Below, piece by piece: positions 1-9,843 of a DNA stretch of 64,000 nucleotides. The DNA is taken from the NCBI GenBank assembly GCA_965230975.1, contig OZ246402.1, forward strand, positions 229,771 through 293,770. The letters are read 5' to 3'. A program made the position numbers and the translations under genes. The notes beneath the pieces are model-generated. The model was given only the letters and a program-made list of their open reading frames with translations. It searched no databases and was not told where the DNA came from. Position 1 is the first letter of the stretch; each line of letters begins with the position of its first letter. This DNA is from an uncultured Candidatus Saccharibacteria bacterium. GTDB taxonomy: Bacteria > Patescibacteriota > Dojkabacteria > J137.

Positions 1-654
1 TATTTGGTTAATAAAAATAACTACAGTATTAGTTTTATTAACTATACCTGTAATTTTTCTTAAAGCCTGACTCATAAGTCTTGCTTGTAATCCCATGTGT
101 GAATCTCCCATCTCTCCATCAATTTCTGCTTTAGGAGTTAATGCAGCAACTGAATCCACAACAATAACGTCTAGCGCAGCAGATCTTAAAAGTGTTTCTA
201 GAATTTCTAAAGCCTGTTCGCCATAGTCTGGCTGTGAAATTAGCAAGTTATCTGTTTCTATACCAAGCTTCTTTGCGTATTCCGGGTCAAAAGCGTGTTC
301 TGCATCAATAATCGCGGCTGTGCCACCTGCTTTTTGTGCCTCTGCAATAATGTGCATTGCTAAAGTTGTTTTACCAGAAGATTCTGGCCCGTAAATCTCA
401 ATGATTCTTCCTCTTGGAACTCCGCCAACACCTAGAGCGATATCAAGCCCTATTGCTCCAGTAGAAATAACATCCATCTTCTTAACTTTATCGTTTTCTA
501 AGGTCATTATTGATCCTTCACCAAATTGTTTGGTAATTTGTTGCATTGCCATTTTAATTGCGTCCATTTTCCCTTTGTTGTTATCGGATGCTACTGCAGC
601 TTTGCTATTATCGTTAGGTGCAGGTGTTGCGCTTTTGGTTTCTTCTTTTGCCAT
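1..654 (-). CDS. recA: Recombinase RecA (5' part; runs off window start)
   Basis: Manual translation from ATG at 654: ...[29 protein letters not shown]...IDAEHAFDP...[10 protein letters not shown]...[13 protein letters not shown]; missing from ORF track because truncated. Confidence 0.98.
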   Translation of the reverse strand, partial: MAKEETKSATPAPNDNSKAAVASDNNKGKMDAIKMAMQQITKQFGEGSIMTLENDKVKKMDVISTGAIGLDIALGVGGVPRGRIIEIYGPESSGKTTLAMHIIAEAQKAGGTAAIIDAEHAFDPEYAKKLGIETDNLLISQPDYGEQALEILETLLRSAALDVIVVDSVAALTPKAEIDGEMGDSHMGLQARLMSQALRKITGIVNKTNTVVIFINQI

Positions 655-724
655 TTAATTATTTTAAAAATTAATTTAAGTAGTTAGGTTAAAAGTAAAC
701 TACTCTCCTTTTAGAGATATTATC

Positions 725-810
725 ATAGTAATACCAATTTCTTGCAAATACCTTACAATTTGAAAAATTCAAACTAAGATTTTCTCAATTGGCTCACAAT
801 TTGAAAAATT
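725..810 (-). promoter_or_regulatory. Conserved promoter element copy A (recA): TGTAAG-N5-TGCAAG-N10-TACTAT plus upstream TTTCAAATTGTGAG box
   Basis: Aligns by eye with copies at 3478, 14469, 17602, 47161. Confidence 0.75.
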
Positions 811-827
811 ATAAGTTTAAAATTCTA

Positions 828-1349
828 TTAAATAAGCTGGAGAGAAATTGTGGAGTTATAGTTTATAGGGCTTTTAAGAATGCATTTAATTTTGAAGGTT
901 CTAGTAGCGTTTTCTTTGAAAGTTAGTTTCTGTTTTTCAAAATCTTTATTGAAATCTGAAAGTAAAATTTTATTGTCCTCATCTAAAAGTTCAACCCTAA
1001 TAATATTTTTTAGGTTTGGTGCAATGTTTGCTTTAATGAAAGAATATGCAACTTTATCTTCTAAATTTCTAAGAGTAACTTGCCCCACTAATATGTTGGG
1101 TTCTCCTTGTTGCAAAGAAAATTCTATTTGTGATTCGCTAAGTTTAATATTTTCACTTGTACTTTCAAATTTTACTTTTCCAGGTTGGGCTTGAAATATC
1201 TGCATGCCTGCCACTTGGCTTACTTCTGATGCAAGTGTTAGTTTAGGCACTGGGTTTAGGGCGGTTACCCCAAGAACGGTCACTGCGATTACTGCAGAAA
1301 AAGCTGTGAATGCAGCAACTGATTTTGTGGTTTCTAGAAAATTATTCAT
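828..1349 (-). CDS. Hypothetical protein with N-terminal membrane anchor
   Basis: 173-aa ORF with hydrophobic N-terminal helix. Confidence 0.7.
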   Translation of the reverse strand: MNNFLETTKSVAAFTAFSAVIAVTVLGVTALNPVPKLTLASEVSQVAGMQIFQAQPGKVKFESTSENIKLSESQIEFSLQQGEPNILVGQVTLRNLEDKVAYSFIKANIAPNLKNIIRVELLDEDNKILLSDFNKDFEKQKLTFKENATRTFKIKCILKSPINYNSTISLQLI

Positions 1350-1500
1350 TTGAGACTCTTACTATATCTATACTAAAGACAGATTTGAATATTGTAAAGG
1401 ACTTTTGTCATAAAATATTGGAAAACAGATGGTTATTTCTTAATAAAAAAACTAAATTTTTTGCTAATATGAAAGTAGACTTAAATATTAATTTTATAAT

Positions 1501-2226
1501 TTGAAAAATCTATACGGTATTAAATCAGATCCTAATCCCGGCAGGGATTTATATTCCGAGGTTGCAGGTATTAGATATGCTCGTTTACCTGTTACTACTC
1601 CAATTGTAAAGATAGGAGACTCTTTTGAGGATTTTGTAGAAAACTATGTTGCTCCATTTATTCAAAAAGGTGATGTAGTTTGCATATCTGCAAAGGTAGT
1701 CAGTATTTGTAAAGCATTTGTTGTTCATGAATCTGAAGTGAAGATCTCATTGCTGGCCAGGATTATTGTTAAGTTTGTTAAAAAGTGGCCGGGAGATATA
1801 GGTTATTCCCACCCACGAAAGATGCAAGTTGCTATTATGCAAACCGGTTACCCAAGAATGATATTGGCTTTGCTAGGCGGGACTTTTATGAAGTTGTTAG
1901 GTAAGCCAGGCTATTTTTATAGAATTGCTGGGCATAATATTAATGCTATTGATGGTTTTAATCCTGTTTCTAAACCTCCAATGAATGAATATGCAGTTTT
2001 GCCACCTGTCAATGGTGATGAGATTTGCAATGATCTGCAACAAAAATATAGTGTTCCATTCGTGATTTTAGATGGAAACAATATTGACAATAATATTTTA
2101 GGAATGAGCGATGGTGCTAAATCACTCTACTCTGTTGAAAAATTCATGGAAATAGTAAAAGGAAACCCACAAGGCCAAGAAGATGATGGACAAGTAACAC
2201 CAGTGTTGATTGTTAGAAAGGTTTAA
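1501..2226 (+). CDS. Coenzyme F420-0:gamma-glutamyl ligase (CofE)-family protein
   Basis: LPVTTPIVKIGD, GDVVCISAKVVSIC, NAIDG, GNPQGQ...TPVLIVR resemble F420_ligase family; TTG start. Confidence 0.7.
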   Translation: MKNLYGIKSDPNPGRDLYSEVAGIRYARLPVTTPIVKIGDSFEDFVENYVAPFIQKGDVVCISAKVVSICKAFVVHESEVKISLLARIIVKFVKKWPGDIGYSHPRKMQVAIMQTGYPRMILALLGGTFMKLLGKPGYFYRIAGHNINAIDGFNPVSKPPMNEYAVLPPVNGDEICNDLQQKYSVPFVILDGNNIDNNILGMSDGAKSLYSVEKFMEIVKGNPQGQEDDGQVTPVLIVRKV

Positions 2227-2657
2227 GGTTCTTTCGGGGAAAGTCTTCTACATCTACCAGTAAAATGTCCGACAGCAATTTTTCTTTCTTGTTCGTTATA
2301 AAATACTTTGCCATACTTTTTCATAAGCTCATTTCGATTGGTATACGATCTCGGTGAAAGGCTAATTTCTTCAGAGTAGCTATTTGAAAATGGATTAAAC
2401 CCATTAATATAGCAGTATATAAAATACTTTAAGGTCTGCATCAAGTTTGCACTTTCTTCTCTAAAGAAAAACAAATGGTTATTAATTAAGTAATCAGTTA
2501 TGGCTAGGAGTTTTGGATCCTCCAAGTCCCAATTCGAATTAAGGATGAAAGAATCTAACCTCTTACAAAGGTCCGCATCGCTGCTAATAACGTATAACTC
2601 AGTAAGCCCTGCTCCTTCATCGGGTTCTTCAGGGGTTGTAATTACGCCTGCACTCAT
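2223..2657 (-). CDS. Hypothetical protein
   Basis: 144-aa ORF, no recognised motif. Confidence 0.6.
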   Translation of the reverse strand: MSAGVITTPEEPDEGAGLTELYVISSDADLCKRLDSFILNSNWDLEDPKLLAITDYLINNHLFFFREESANLMQTLKYFIYCYINGFNPFSNSYSEEISLSPRSYTNRNELMKKYGKVFYNEQERKIAVGHFTGRCRRLSPKEP

Positions 2658-2787
2658 AGTAATTTTTTAACCGTGGTATTATAGCTCTAAAACTTAAATT
2701 AGTTAATGCTTATACCTCAAGAAAATTATGCGAGTTAGGAATTTTGTAACAGTAGCTTTGGGTAAATAATTGTAATAGAATAAATGA

Positions 2788-3387
2788 ATGAAAATATTAA
2801 AAACTCTAGTTTTGTTTGTTTTAGTTATATCATTAACACCAACTGCATTATTTGCTCAAACAACAGATGAAAGCTCTCTTCAAACTGAAAATGAGGTTGC
2901 TGTTGTAGAAGATGTAGAAGGATTAAGAGCGGAATTTAAAGAATATACTCAAAACCCGGAAAGTAAAGTAGTTAAATACGAAATGGTTATAAATTCTAAT
3001 ATAGATTCTGATAGAGTTAAAGTTACATGGTCCTTAAGAGGATTCAGTACCTTTGTAGATAAAACTCAAGCGGTAAAAAATATATCTGTACAAAAAGGAA
3101 AATCATACAGTTTAGCAATAGAATTACTACCGTCTGGTAAGGGGGTTACTGAGCTAGTAGGTAAAGCTGAGGCATTTACTGTAGATGGAAGTTTTGTTGC
3201 AACTGTTAGAAAAAACTTTGCTACTAATTCGGATCAAGAAGTTTTGCCACTTACAGATTCTTATAAAAGCGCAAAAAACATATCAACTATAAAAAACCTA
3301 GTAATAACCTCTTTAATATTAGTTGCAATAATGGCACTTGCCTTCTTTGGGTATAAGAGATTTAGAGTATGGTTAGAAAGACCTTAA
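2788..3387 (+). CDS. Secreted, C-terminally membrane-anchored protein
   Basis: Signal peptide (ALFA|Q), C-terminal TM and basic tail; TAGAAT 6 nt before ATG. Confidence 0.75.
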   Translation: MKILKTLVLFVLVISLTPTALFAQTTDESSLQTENEVAVVEDVEGLRAEFKEYTQNPESKVVKYEMVINSNIDSDRVKVTWSLRGFSTFVDKTQAVKNISVQKGKSYSLAIELLPSGKGVTELVGKAEAFTVDGSFVATVRKNFATNSDQEVLPLTDSYKSAKNISTIKNLVITSLILVAIMALAFFGYKRFRVWLERP

Positions 3388-3464
3388 TCTTCTGTTTATA
3401 TGTTAATCTAAGGTAAAATACTAAATACAGAAGTTTAAGTCGGTTTAGCATAAATCCGCATCAC

Positions 3465-3510
3465 TCAAATTTTAAACTGTAAGACATTTGTAAGAAATAT
3501 TTAGTATTAT
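3465..3510 (+). promoter_or_regulatory. Conserved promoter element copy E (recJ): TGTAAG-N5-TGTAAG-N10-TATTAT, 6 nt before ATG
   Basis: TGTAAG 3478-3483 and 3489-3494, TATTAT 3505-3510. Confidence 0.75.
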
Positions 3511-3516
3511 TAAACA

Positions 3517-5205
3517 ATGAAATGGATAATCCCAAGCCATAAAGGTGTTCCTTTAATAGAGTGGCTATGCGCACAAAGAAATATTCTAGATACAAGAAAG
3601 TACTTTTCACCTTCTCTTCAAGACTTGGAGGACCCATTTGTAGTACATGATATGCATAAAGCAGTAGACTTTATTGTCGAATCTGTAAAAAACAAAAAAA
3701 AGATTTTTATTCATGGGGATTTTGATGCAGATGGAATAACGGCCACATCAATTATGTGGATTTTCTTAAGCAAATACCTTAAAGCAGATGTAATGCCCTA
3801 TATACCAAGCAGATTTTATGAAGGTTATGGTTTAACAGAAGAATCTATAAGTGCAATCAAACAAAAGGGTGGTCAGGTAATTATAACAGTTGATTGTGGG
3901 GTTAAAGATATAGAGCTAGTAAATAAATACTCGCCAGAAATTGATTTTGTAATAACAGATCATCATACAATAAGAAGTATTTCTGAAAAAGAAGTTGAGG
4001 CAAGCAAGATAATAGGGGAATATTTAATATCTGCTAAGGCAAAGGCTGTAGTGCACCCTGCTCTACCACAAAGTGATTTTAAGGAAATTTGCGGTGCAAT
4101 GGTTTCTTTTAAAGTTTGTTCAGCTCTTAATCAAAAGCTTAATTTAGGGGTGAATATGCAGGAGTTCTCCGACTTATGTGCCATTGGTACAGTGTGTGAT
4201 GTTATGCCACTAGTAAAAGAAAATAGAACAATAGTACAATTAGGGCTTGGACAGTTAAATAAGCATAATAATTTGGGTTTAAAGGCACTATTAGAGATAT
4301 CAAAAGCAAAAGCAAATATAAGCGCTTATCATTTGGGATTTGTAATAGGACCGCGATTAAATGCAGCAGGGAGGCTTGGTGATGCACTAGATGCTGTAAG
4401 ATTGCTAACTACAGGCTCAGATGCCTTTGCAAGGCAAATGGCGCAGAAATTAGAGGACTTAAATTTAGAGAGAAAGCGGTTAACAGAAGAATTTATTGGT
4501 TTAGCAGAAAATGAGATTAAAAAAGATGAATCAGAAAAGCTATTTATTTTCTTTGGTGAAGAGTGGCCCGAGGGCTTACTAGGATTAATAGCCGGTAAGT
4601 TAAGTGAAAAATATTCTAAACCCGTAATAATAGGATCTAAAGGCAAAGTATATAAAGCTTCGGCCCGCAGCCCGGAAAACTTTAACATAACACAGTTTTT
4701 ATCAAACTTTGAACAATACTTAGAAAAGTACGGTGGGCATGCCCAGGCTGCGGGCCTAACAGTAAAATCGGATTCGCTTGATTTGTTTTTGCAAGCTATA
4801 AGGTCTTCTGCAAGTAAGTTAGATACAGAAATATTTGAAAAAAATCTTTATATCGATGCGGTTGCGCAATCTCTTTCAGAATTAAATCTTGATAATGCAG
4901 AAAAGATTTTAAGTTTAGAGCCGTTTGGAAATAAATGCCCAAAGCCTGTAATCTATGTAAATAACCTCAAGATAAAGAGATATACCTATATGGGTCAAAA
5001 TAATGAACACATAAAAATATACTTTGCAGATAAATTTGATAATGTTGTAGAAGCTTTGAGCTTTGGTGATGCAAAACGTTTTGAAGGTTTGTTAAACTAC
5101 CCTACTCTGCCAATCGAACTAGCAGTAAATTTAGAGGTTGATGAATGGAATGGCTTTAAAAAACCAAGTTTACGAATAATTGATTTTAGGGTGCAGCAAG
5201 ATTAG
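3517..5205 (+). CDS. recJ: Single-stranded DNA exonuclease RecJ
   Basis: GDFDADG, TVDCG, TDHH, GPRLNAAGRL, GGHAQAAG, LEPFG motifs. Confidence 0.95.
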   Translation: MKWIIPSHKGVPLIEWLCAQRNILDTRKYFSPSLQDLEDPFVVHDMHKAVDFIVESVKNKKKIFIHGDFDADGITATSIMWIFLSKYLKADVMPYIPSRFYEGYGLTEESISAIKQKGGQVIITVDCGVKDIELVNKYSPEIDFVITDHHTIRSISEKEVEASKIIGEYLISAKAKAVVHPALPQSDFKEICGAMVSFKVCSALNQKLNLGVNMQEFSDLCAIGTVCDVMPLVKENRTIVQLGLGQLNKHNNLGLKALLEISKAKANISAYHLGFVIGPRLNAAGRLGDALDAVRLLTTGSDAFARQMAQKLEDLNLERKRLTEEFIGLAENEIKKDESEKLFIFFGEEWPEGLLGLIAGKLSEKYSKPVIIGSKGKVYKASARSPENFNITQFLSNFEQYLEKYGGHAQAAGLTVKSDSLDLFLQAIRSSASKLDTEIFEKNLYIDAVAQSLSELNLDNAEKILSLEPFGNKCPKPVIYVNNLKIKRYTYMGQNNEHIKIYFADKFDNVVEALSFGDAKRFEGLLNYPTLPIELAVNLEVDEWNGFKKPSLRIIDFRVQQD

Positions 5206-5486
5206 GCTTCTACAGCCTTTGATTGAATAATCATTGCTTGCATATCTCTTAACTCCGTTTCTTCTAATCCAAAAATTCCAGCACTAGTTGCACTTAATAT
5301 TAGATCAGTAACATATGACTCTACTTCACTTAGGGACATAGGTTTAGGAAGTGTAAAGCTGCCGGCTTTGTTAACACCAAAAACACAAAAGTCTAATCTT
5401 AAAGTGGTCCCGGCGTATAATTTATCAGTACCAGGTATTACTGGTTTTATTCTTGATGCATCGGGGGTTGACGATTGATTTGTCAT
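5202..5486 (-). CDS. Hypothetical protein
   Basis: 94-aa ORF convergent with recJ. Confidence 0.55.
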   Translation of the reverse strand: MTNQSSTPDASRIKPVIPGTDKLYAGTTLRLDFCVFGVNKAGSFTLPKPMSLSEVESYVTDLILSATSAGIFGLEETELRDMQAMIIQSKAVEA

Positions 5487-5568
5487 AAAAGATTTTTTAA
5501 CTTATTTAGATTAATACTCTACTCTTTTTATTTCAACTTTATATTTTTAGTACTTAAAATCTTCGTTT

Positions 5569-5603
5569 AAAAAATCCCCTCTACTCTTTCGAATATTGGG
5601 GAT
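5569..5603 (-). terminator. Probable intrinsic terminator after HU gene
   Basis: ATCCCC...GGGGAT stem followed by T-tract on minus strand. Confidence 0.55.
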
Positions 5604-5640
5604 AATTTTATTTAGTATTAATTACTAACTAAGCATAAGC

Positions 5641-5916
5641 TTATTTAGCAACCATTTCTCTAAATTGCTTTCCTGGTCTGAATCTTGGAACGCTCTTTGC
5701 AGCAACCTTAACAGGTGCTCCAGTCTTTGGATTTCTCTTTGTGCTAGCTTTTCTTCTAACAGAAACAAAAGTTCCAAAGTTTGTTAATGTTACAGCTTGT
5801 CCCTTTGATACAGTAGAAACTACAGCTTCTACCATAGCATCGATAGATGCAGCAACATCTTTCTTTGTCATTCCTGTCTTGTTTGCGATGAAGTCTACTA
5901 ATTGAGCTTTATTCAT
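5641..5916 (-). CDS. hup: DNA-binding protein HU
   Basis: MNKAQLVD...FGTF...RNPKTG...PRFRPGK; ATG at 5916 preferred. Confidence 0.95.
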   Translation of the reverse strand: MNKAQLVDFIANKTGMTKKDVAASIDAMVEAVVSTVSKGQAVTLTNFGTFVSVRRKASTKRNPKTGAPVKVAAKSVPRFRPGKQFREMVAK

Positions 5917-5991
5917 TTTAAACAAAATAATTAATTAAAATTTCAGCTCTTGCTGATTACTAAAGCCGGCCGGCAATTAGCGTTTACAATG

Positions 5992-6020
5992 AGTTTAGAT
6001 TCAATCTTAAACTATGTCAA
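5992..6020 (-). promoter_or_regulatory. Sigma70-type promoter of hup
   Basis: TTGACA-N17-TAAACT on minus strand. Confidence 0.7.
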
Positions 6021-6236
6021 TATTGTGACTCGCTCTACTCTGCTTACCAGTTGGTGCATTTGCTATTTTTCAATAGTAACGCCAAAAATTGGACACATTA
6101 ATGTTAAGGGTTGTAGTTCTGAAAAGTTATAGTGGGTAAATAGTTATAGAGATTAACTAACTTAGACTATAAGTTATAGGATATTATAATAAATTTAAAT
6201 GGAGTAGAGTCAAGGTCTATTATAAATAGACATAAT

Positions 6237-6617
6237 TTAACTATTATCCTTTGTGTATTGTCTTATTGCATCTTTAATGGCTTCAAGGGGCAGAGTAGCA
6301 CACTTTTTTCTGCTAATAGTGAGAGGTATCCCAATAAGGGTCTCCGGGTAATCATGAGCAATGCCTAGTATCTCAGTTAAGTCTTTACCTAATAGCGTTT
6401 CGTAGAGTATAGAGGCTGTGCCTATGGCAATAGAGCAGCCTTCTCCAGTAAAAGTTACATCTGAAATCTTATTATCTTTAACTTTTATACTTACATTAAT
6501 CTCATCTCCGCAAGATGTATTCAAAAGCTTTACAGTAGAATCAATTTCAATGTCTTTTTTGTTGTAATTACGTGGATTGACATAGTGGTCAAGCAAATTC
6601 TCCTGGTTTTCATTCAT
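6237..6617 (-). CDS. sufU: SufU/IscU-type Fe-S scaffold or sulfur-transfer protein
   Basis: LDHYVNPRN, NTSCGD, GCSIA, RKKCA. Confidence 0.85.
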   Translation of the reverse strand: MNENQENLLDHYVNPRNYNKKDIEIDSTVKLLNTSCGDEINVSIKVKDNKISDVTFTGEGCSIAIGTASILYETLLGKDLTEILGIAHDYPETLIGIPLTISRKKCATLPLEAIKDAIRQYTKDNS

Positions 6618-6681
6618 AACTAATTATAACATTACAGTAGGGTAGAAAGGTGTACCTTAGTTTGAGATATATTATTTTCTT

Positions 6682-7296
6682 TTATTTACTTTGATCACCA
6701 GCATTATCAATTTCTTTAGAACTGATAATGTTTTTTGAGGCATTAAGATACTCCAGAACACTATCTCTAGTTTCACGTATAAATTGCGTTGTGCCCCAAT
6801 AGACATTATTAGGTACACGTGAAATATAATGTTCGTCCTGTATACCCTTAAGAATCCATCTGATCATTTGTGGATCAATGTTTTGCTGGTATTTGTACTC
6901 TAGAAAGTTTTGTATATTATCAATAGCTTGTTTTTTAGATAACTGAACGTAGAGTAGTCTAGACCCTATAATAATTACCGGCCATATCAATAGAATCAAG
7001 CTGGTTTGGTTAATTAGCTTTAAATTAATGTTAACCGCAATAAGTATTGATGTAATTATTAGCATAGAAAGCATTCCGTACCCATAATAATTCATTCTAT
7101 TAGCTTTAAAATTGTAAGCCTCCGGGTATTTTTGAATCTCTTTACTTGGTAACTTCTCGCTACTAAAAGTATAAACTAGTGTAGATATCAAAAAAGTTAG
7201 AAAAATAGCTCCTTCTACAGACTCGCTCAGTCCGCTAAAAATGTAAATGCCTAGGCATAAAAGGTAAAGGGCAGAGTATGGATATGTTCTAAACAT
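6682..7296 (-). CDS. Hypothetical membrane protein (about 4 TM)
   Basis: Hydrophobic segments. Confidence 0.65.
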   Translation of the reverse strand: MFRTYPYSALYLLCLGIYIFSGLSESVEGAIFLTFLISTLVYTFSSEKLPSKEIQKYPEAYNFKANRMNYYGYGMLSMLIITSILIAVNINLKLINQTSLILLIWPVIIIGSRLLYVQLSKKQAIDNIQNFLEYKYQQNIDPQMIRWILKGIQDEHYISRVPNNVYWGTTQFIRETRDSVLEYLNASKNIISSKEIDNAGDQSK

Positions 7297-7351
7297 GGTT
7301 TTATTTATTTACTAATTTAATGATAAGATGTAAGGGTATTACATTCAAGAT

Positions 7352-8002
7352 ATGATAAAAATAGTTCCAAATATTTTGTCTTCTTCAAATGAAGATTTTA
7401 CAACACAGCTAAGTAGATTAGAGAGTTTCGAATCTATAGATATTGATATTTGTGAAGCTCCATTTACTTTGAAAAATAGTGTAAATGTTTCAACTGCAAT
7501 TGATCTATTGTCACTTTGTGATAAAAACCTAAGCTTTCATTTGATGATGCATAATCCAATAGAGTCTTTAGCATTGTTAAACAAATCTAATTTAAAAATA
7601 GAAACTGTATTTATTCACCAAGAGTCAAATATAGTGGGTTTAGAAAACCAAAATTACAAATTTAGCATTGGTATAACAGTTAAAAGAGAATCTAGACTTA
7701 AAGATTTAAGCTTTTATAACAAATATAACAGTGTTCAGTTAATGACAGGGACTTTTGGGGGGCAGGGGTTAGAGTTTGATGAAGAGTCGTTGTCTAAATC
7801 ATTACTGCTAAGGGATATGGGTTTTACTAAGGAGGTTGGAATAGATGGAGGTGTTAATTTAAATACTGCTAAGATAATAAAAGATTATCCAATAGATAGA
7901 GTAAGTGTTGGTTCATTTATTCACAAATCGAAAAATCCACAATTAGATTCTATGAAGCTCACTTTAGCATTAAACATGCGAAACATTGAGGAATCTTTCT
8001 AA
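7352..8002 (+). CDS. rpe: Ribulose-phosphate 3-epimerase family protein (divergent)
   Basis: PNILS, HLM, LMT..GGQG..F, IDGGVN, VGS. Confidence 0.8.
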   Translation: MIKIVPNILSSSNEDFTTQLSRLESFESIDIDICEAPFTLKNSVNVSTAIDLLSLCDKNLSFHLMMHNPIESLALLNKSNLKIETVFIHQESNIVGLENQNYKFSIGITVKRESRLKDLSFYNKYNSVQLMTGTFGGQGLEFDEESLSKSLLLRDMGFTKEVGIDGGVNLNTAKIIKDYPIDRVSVGSFIHKSKNPQLDSMKLTLALNMRNIEESF

Positions 8003-8047
8003 ATAGTCTAGTATATAAAGACGATTTTAAATTTTTTATAAATAATC

Positions 8048-9322
8048 ATGCCTACAGTAGTTCAATTACCTAAAGAGGAGGATGTAAATCTGCCTCGTAA
8101 AGAGAAATCCTCTAGTAGATTAATTAACAATATTACTTTCTTTGGAGACTCGGCTATTCCAGAAGATGATGATATTTACAGGTCTGTATGGAATGCTGCA
8201 AGATTCTTAGCAGAAAAGGGTTTTACCATTGTTAACGGAGGTGGCCCAGGAATTATGAAGGCTGCTACGGATGGAGCAGAGAGTGTTGGTGGGGAAACAA
8301 TTGCGGTTTACTGGGAGCCAAAATTAGCTTCTTTTTTTGAGGGTAAGAATTTAGCAAATATTACGGATGAATCCGAAGCCTCTTCTAATTACGTAATGCG
8401 AACATTAGGCTTAATTAGTAAAGGGGATGCTTATGTAGTGTGTAAGGGTGGTACCGGTACAGTATCTGAATTCGGTTTGGTTTGGTGCTTAGCAAAGTTA
8501 TATTACGGATGTCACAAGCCAGTAATACTTTACGGCGATTTTTGGGATGATTTGATAGAGTCTTTTCAAAAAACAATGAATATAGATGAAACTGAGCTTG
8601 CAGTGCTTTATCAGGCTACAACTCCTGAGCAATTAATGGATATTCTTCAGAAACATGAAATTTTGGTAAAAGACTGCAGAACAAAGCACTATGAAGGGGA
8701 TGAGCTTGCATTTGTAATTAGTGATAGAGCAAAAGTTGTAAGCCAAACATACAATAAAGTTGCAACTTCTTACCATTCAGAACATGCCGGCAAGCTTGTT
8801 TCTCAAGACCAGTTAGAAGAATTTACTAAACTGGTAAACCCACCGGCTCAGGTTTTAGATATTGGTTGTGGTCCGGGCTTTGACATGAAGTATTTATCTC
8901 AAAAGTATTCTGTTACAGGTTTAGATATCTCTAGCAAGTTTATTGATATTGCCAGATACGAAAACCCAGGTTCAGATATTTATTTAGGAGATATTGTTTC
9001 TTTTGATATAGGAACTTCTAAATACAAAGGTATTTGGGCAAGAGATTCTATTCATCACATTTCAGATAAAGACTTAGATTCAGTATTTCAAAAGATAGCG
9101 GACGCTTTAGTAGATGAAGGTATTTTCTATATTTTGGTTAGAGAAGGTGAGGGTGAAGTAACTGAAACTGAAAAGAAAGATTACTCTACAATTGAGAGGT
9201 TTTACCATTTGTTTTCTGCAGAAGAGCTTACTAATAGAGCAGAGAAGGCGGGTTTAAAAGTTGTAAAAATCGATCATACAAAAAGAAGTCACAAATGGCT
9301 TATTGGAGTTTTTCAAAAATAA
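8048..9322 (+). CDS. LOG/SLOG-family nucleotide-binding domain fused to class I SAM methyltransferase
   Basis: GGGPGIMKA and GGTGTVSE (LOG); VLDIGCGPG (MTase). Confidence 0.8.
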   Translation: MPTVVQLPKEEDVNLPRKEKSSSRLINNITFFGDSAIPEDDDIYRSVWNAARFLAEKGFTIVNGGGPGIMKAATDGAESVGGETIAVYWEPKLASFFEGKNLANITDESEASSNYVMRTLGLISKGDAYVVCKGGTGTVSEFGLVWCLAKLYYGCHKPVILYGDFWDDLIESFQKTMNIDETELAVLYQATTPEQLMDILQKHEILVKDCRTKHYEGDELAFVISDRAKVVSQTYNKVATSYHSEHAGKLVSQDQLEEFTKLVNPPAQVLDIGCGPGFDMKYLSQKYSVTGLDISSKFIDIARYENPGSDIYLGDIVSFDIGTSKYKGIWARDSIHHISDKDLDSVFQKIADALVDEGIFYILVREGEGEVTETEKKDYSTIERFYHLFSAEELTNRAEKAGLKVVKIDHTKRSHKWLIGVFQK

Positions 9323-9346
9323 CACGACCCTTGCTATAATAAGGGT

Positions 9347-9832
9347 ATGAAAACAATAAATGAAGTATTGCTAGATATACAGAAAGAAAATATAAAAGGT
9401 ATAACTCAAGATAAGCTTGACTTGATTGTTCAAATGCTTAATCTTGACCCTGAGACATTAACTAAACAAGAGTTAAAAGATGCCTTAAATACTTTCCTGT
9501 TAAATTATATTAGGACACCTGAATCTAAATTTACACAAGCTCAGCGTCTTATTAAGTTGTATGCACACAAATTAAGAGCATCAAGTACTATTCCTAAAGG
9601 TGAAGCAAAAGCAGAAGACATGTTAAGGTTTGAAAGAGAGGCTAGGAATAAGTATCAAAGTGTGGTTACAACTGTACTAATCTTGTATGTACAATACATG
9701 CGTAATCAATTAAGCTTTAAATCACCAATAAGATCTACAGAAATGGCTCAAGTTGCAAGGCTTGACATGAATACAGTAAGTATAGAACTTTTTCTAAACC
9801 AATTTCTTGGCACTCAATCAACTGAGTCATAA
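9347..9832 (+). CDS. Hypothetical helical protein
   Basis: 161-aa ORF; TGcTATAAT 6 nt before ATG. Confidence 0.7.
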   Translation: MKTINEVLLDIQKENIKGITQDKLDLIVQMLNLDPETLTKQELKDALNTFLLNYIRTPESKFTQAQRLIKLYAHKLRASSTIPKGEAKAEDMLRFEREARNKYQSVVTTVLILYVQYMRNQLSFKSPIRSTEMAQVARLDMNTVSIELFLNQFLGTQSTES

Positions 9833-9843
9833 GATATAAAATT

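Noticed and set aside
401-658. 85-aa + strand ORF
   Set aside because: Antisense shadow of recA.
725-810. CRISPR or LexA-box interpretation of the repeats
   Set aside because: No regular repeat-spacer array and no cas genes; the boxes are direct repeats and I recognised no known palindromic SOS box.
5950-6132. 60-aa ORF upstream of hup
   Set aside because: Overlaps the hup promoter and leader on the opposite strand; TTG start and no motif.
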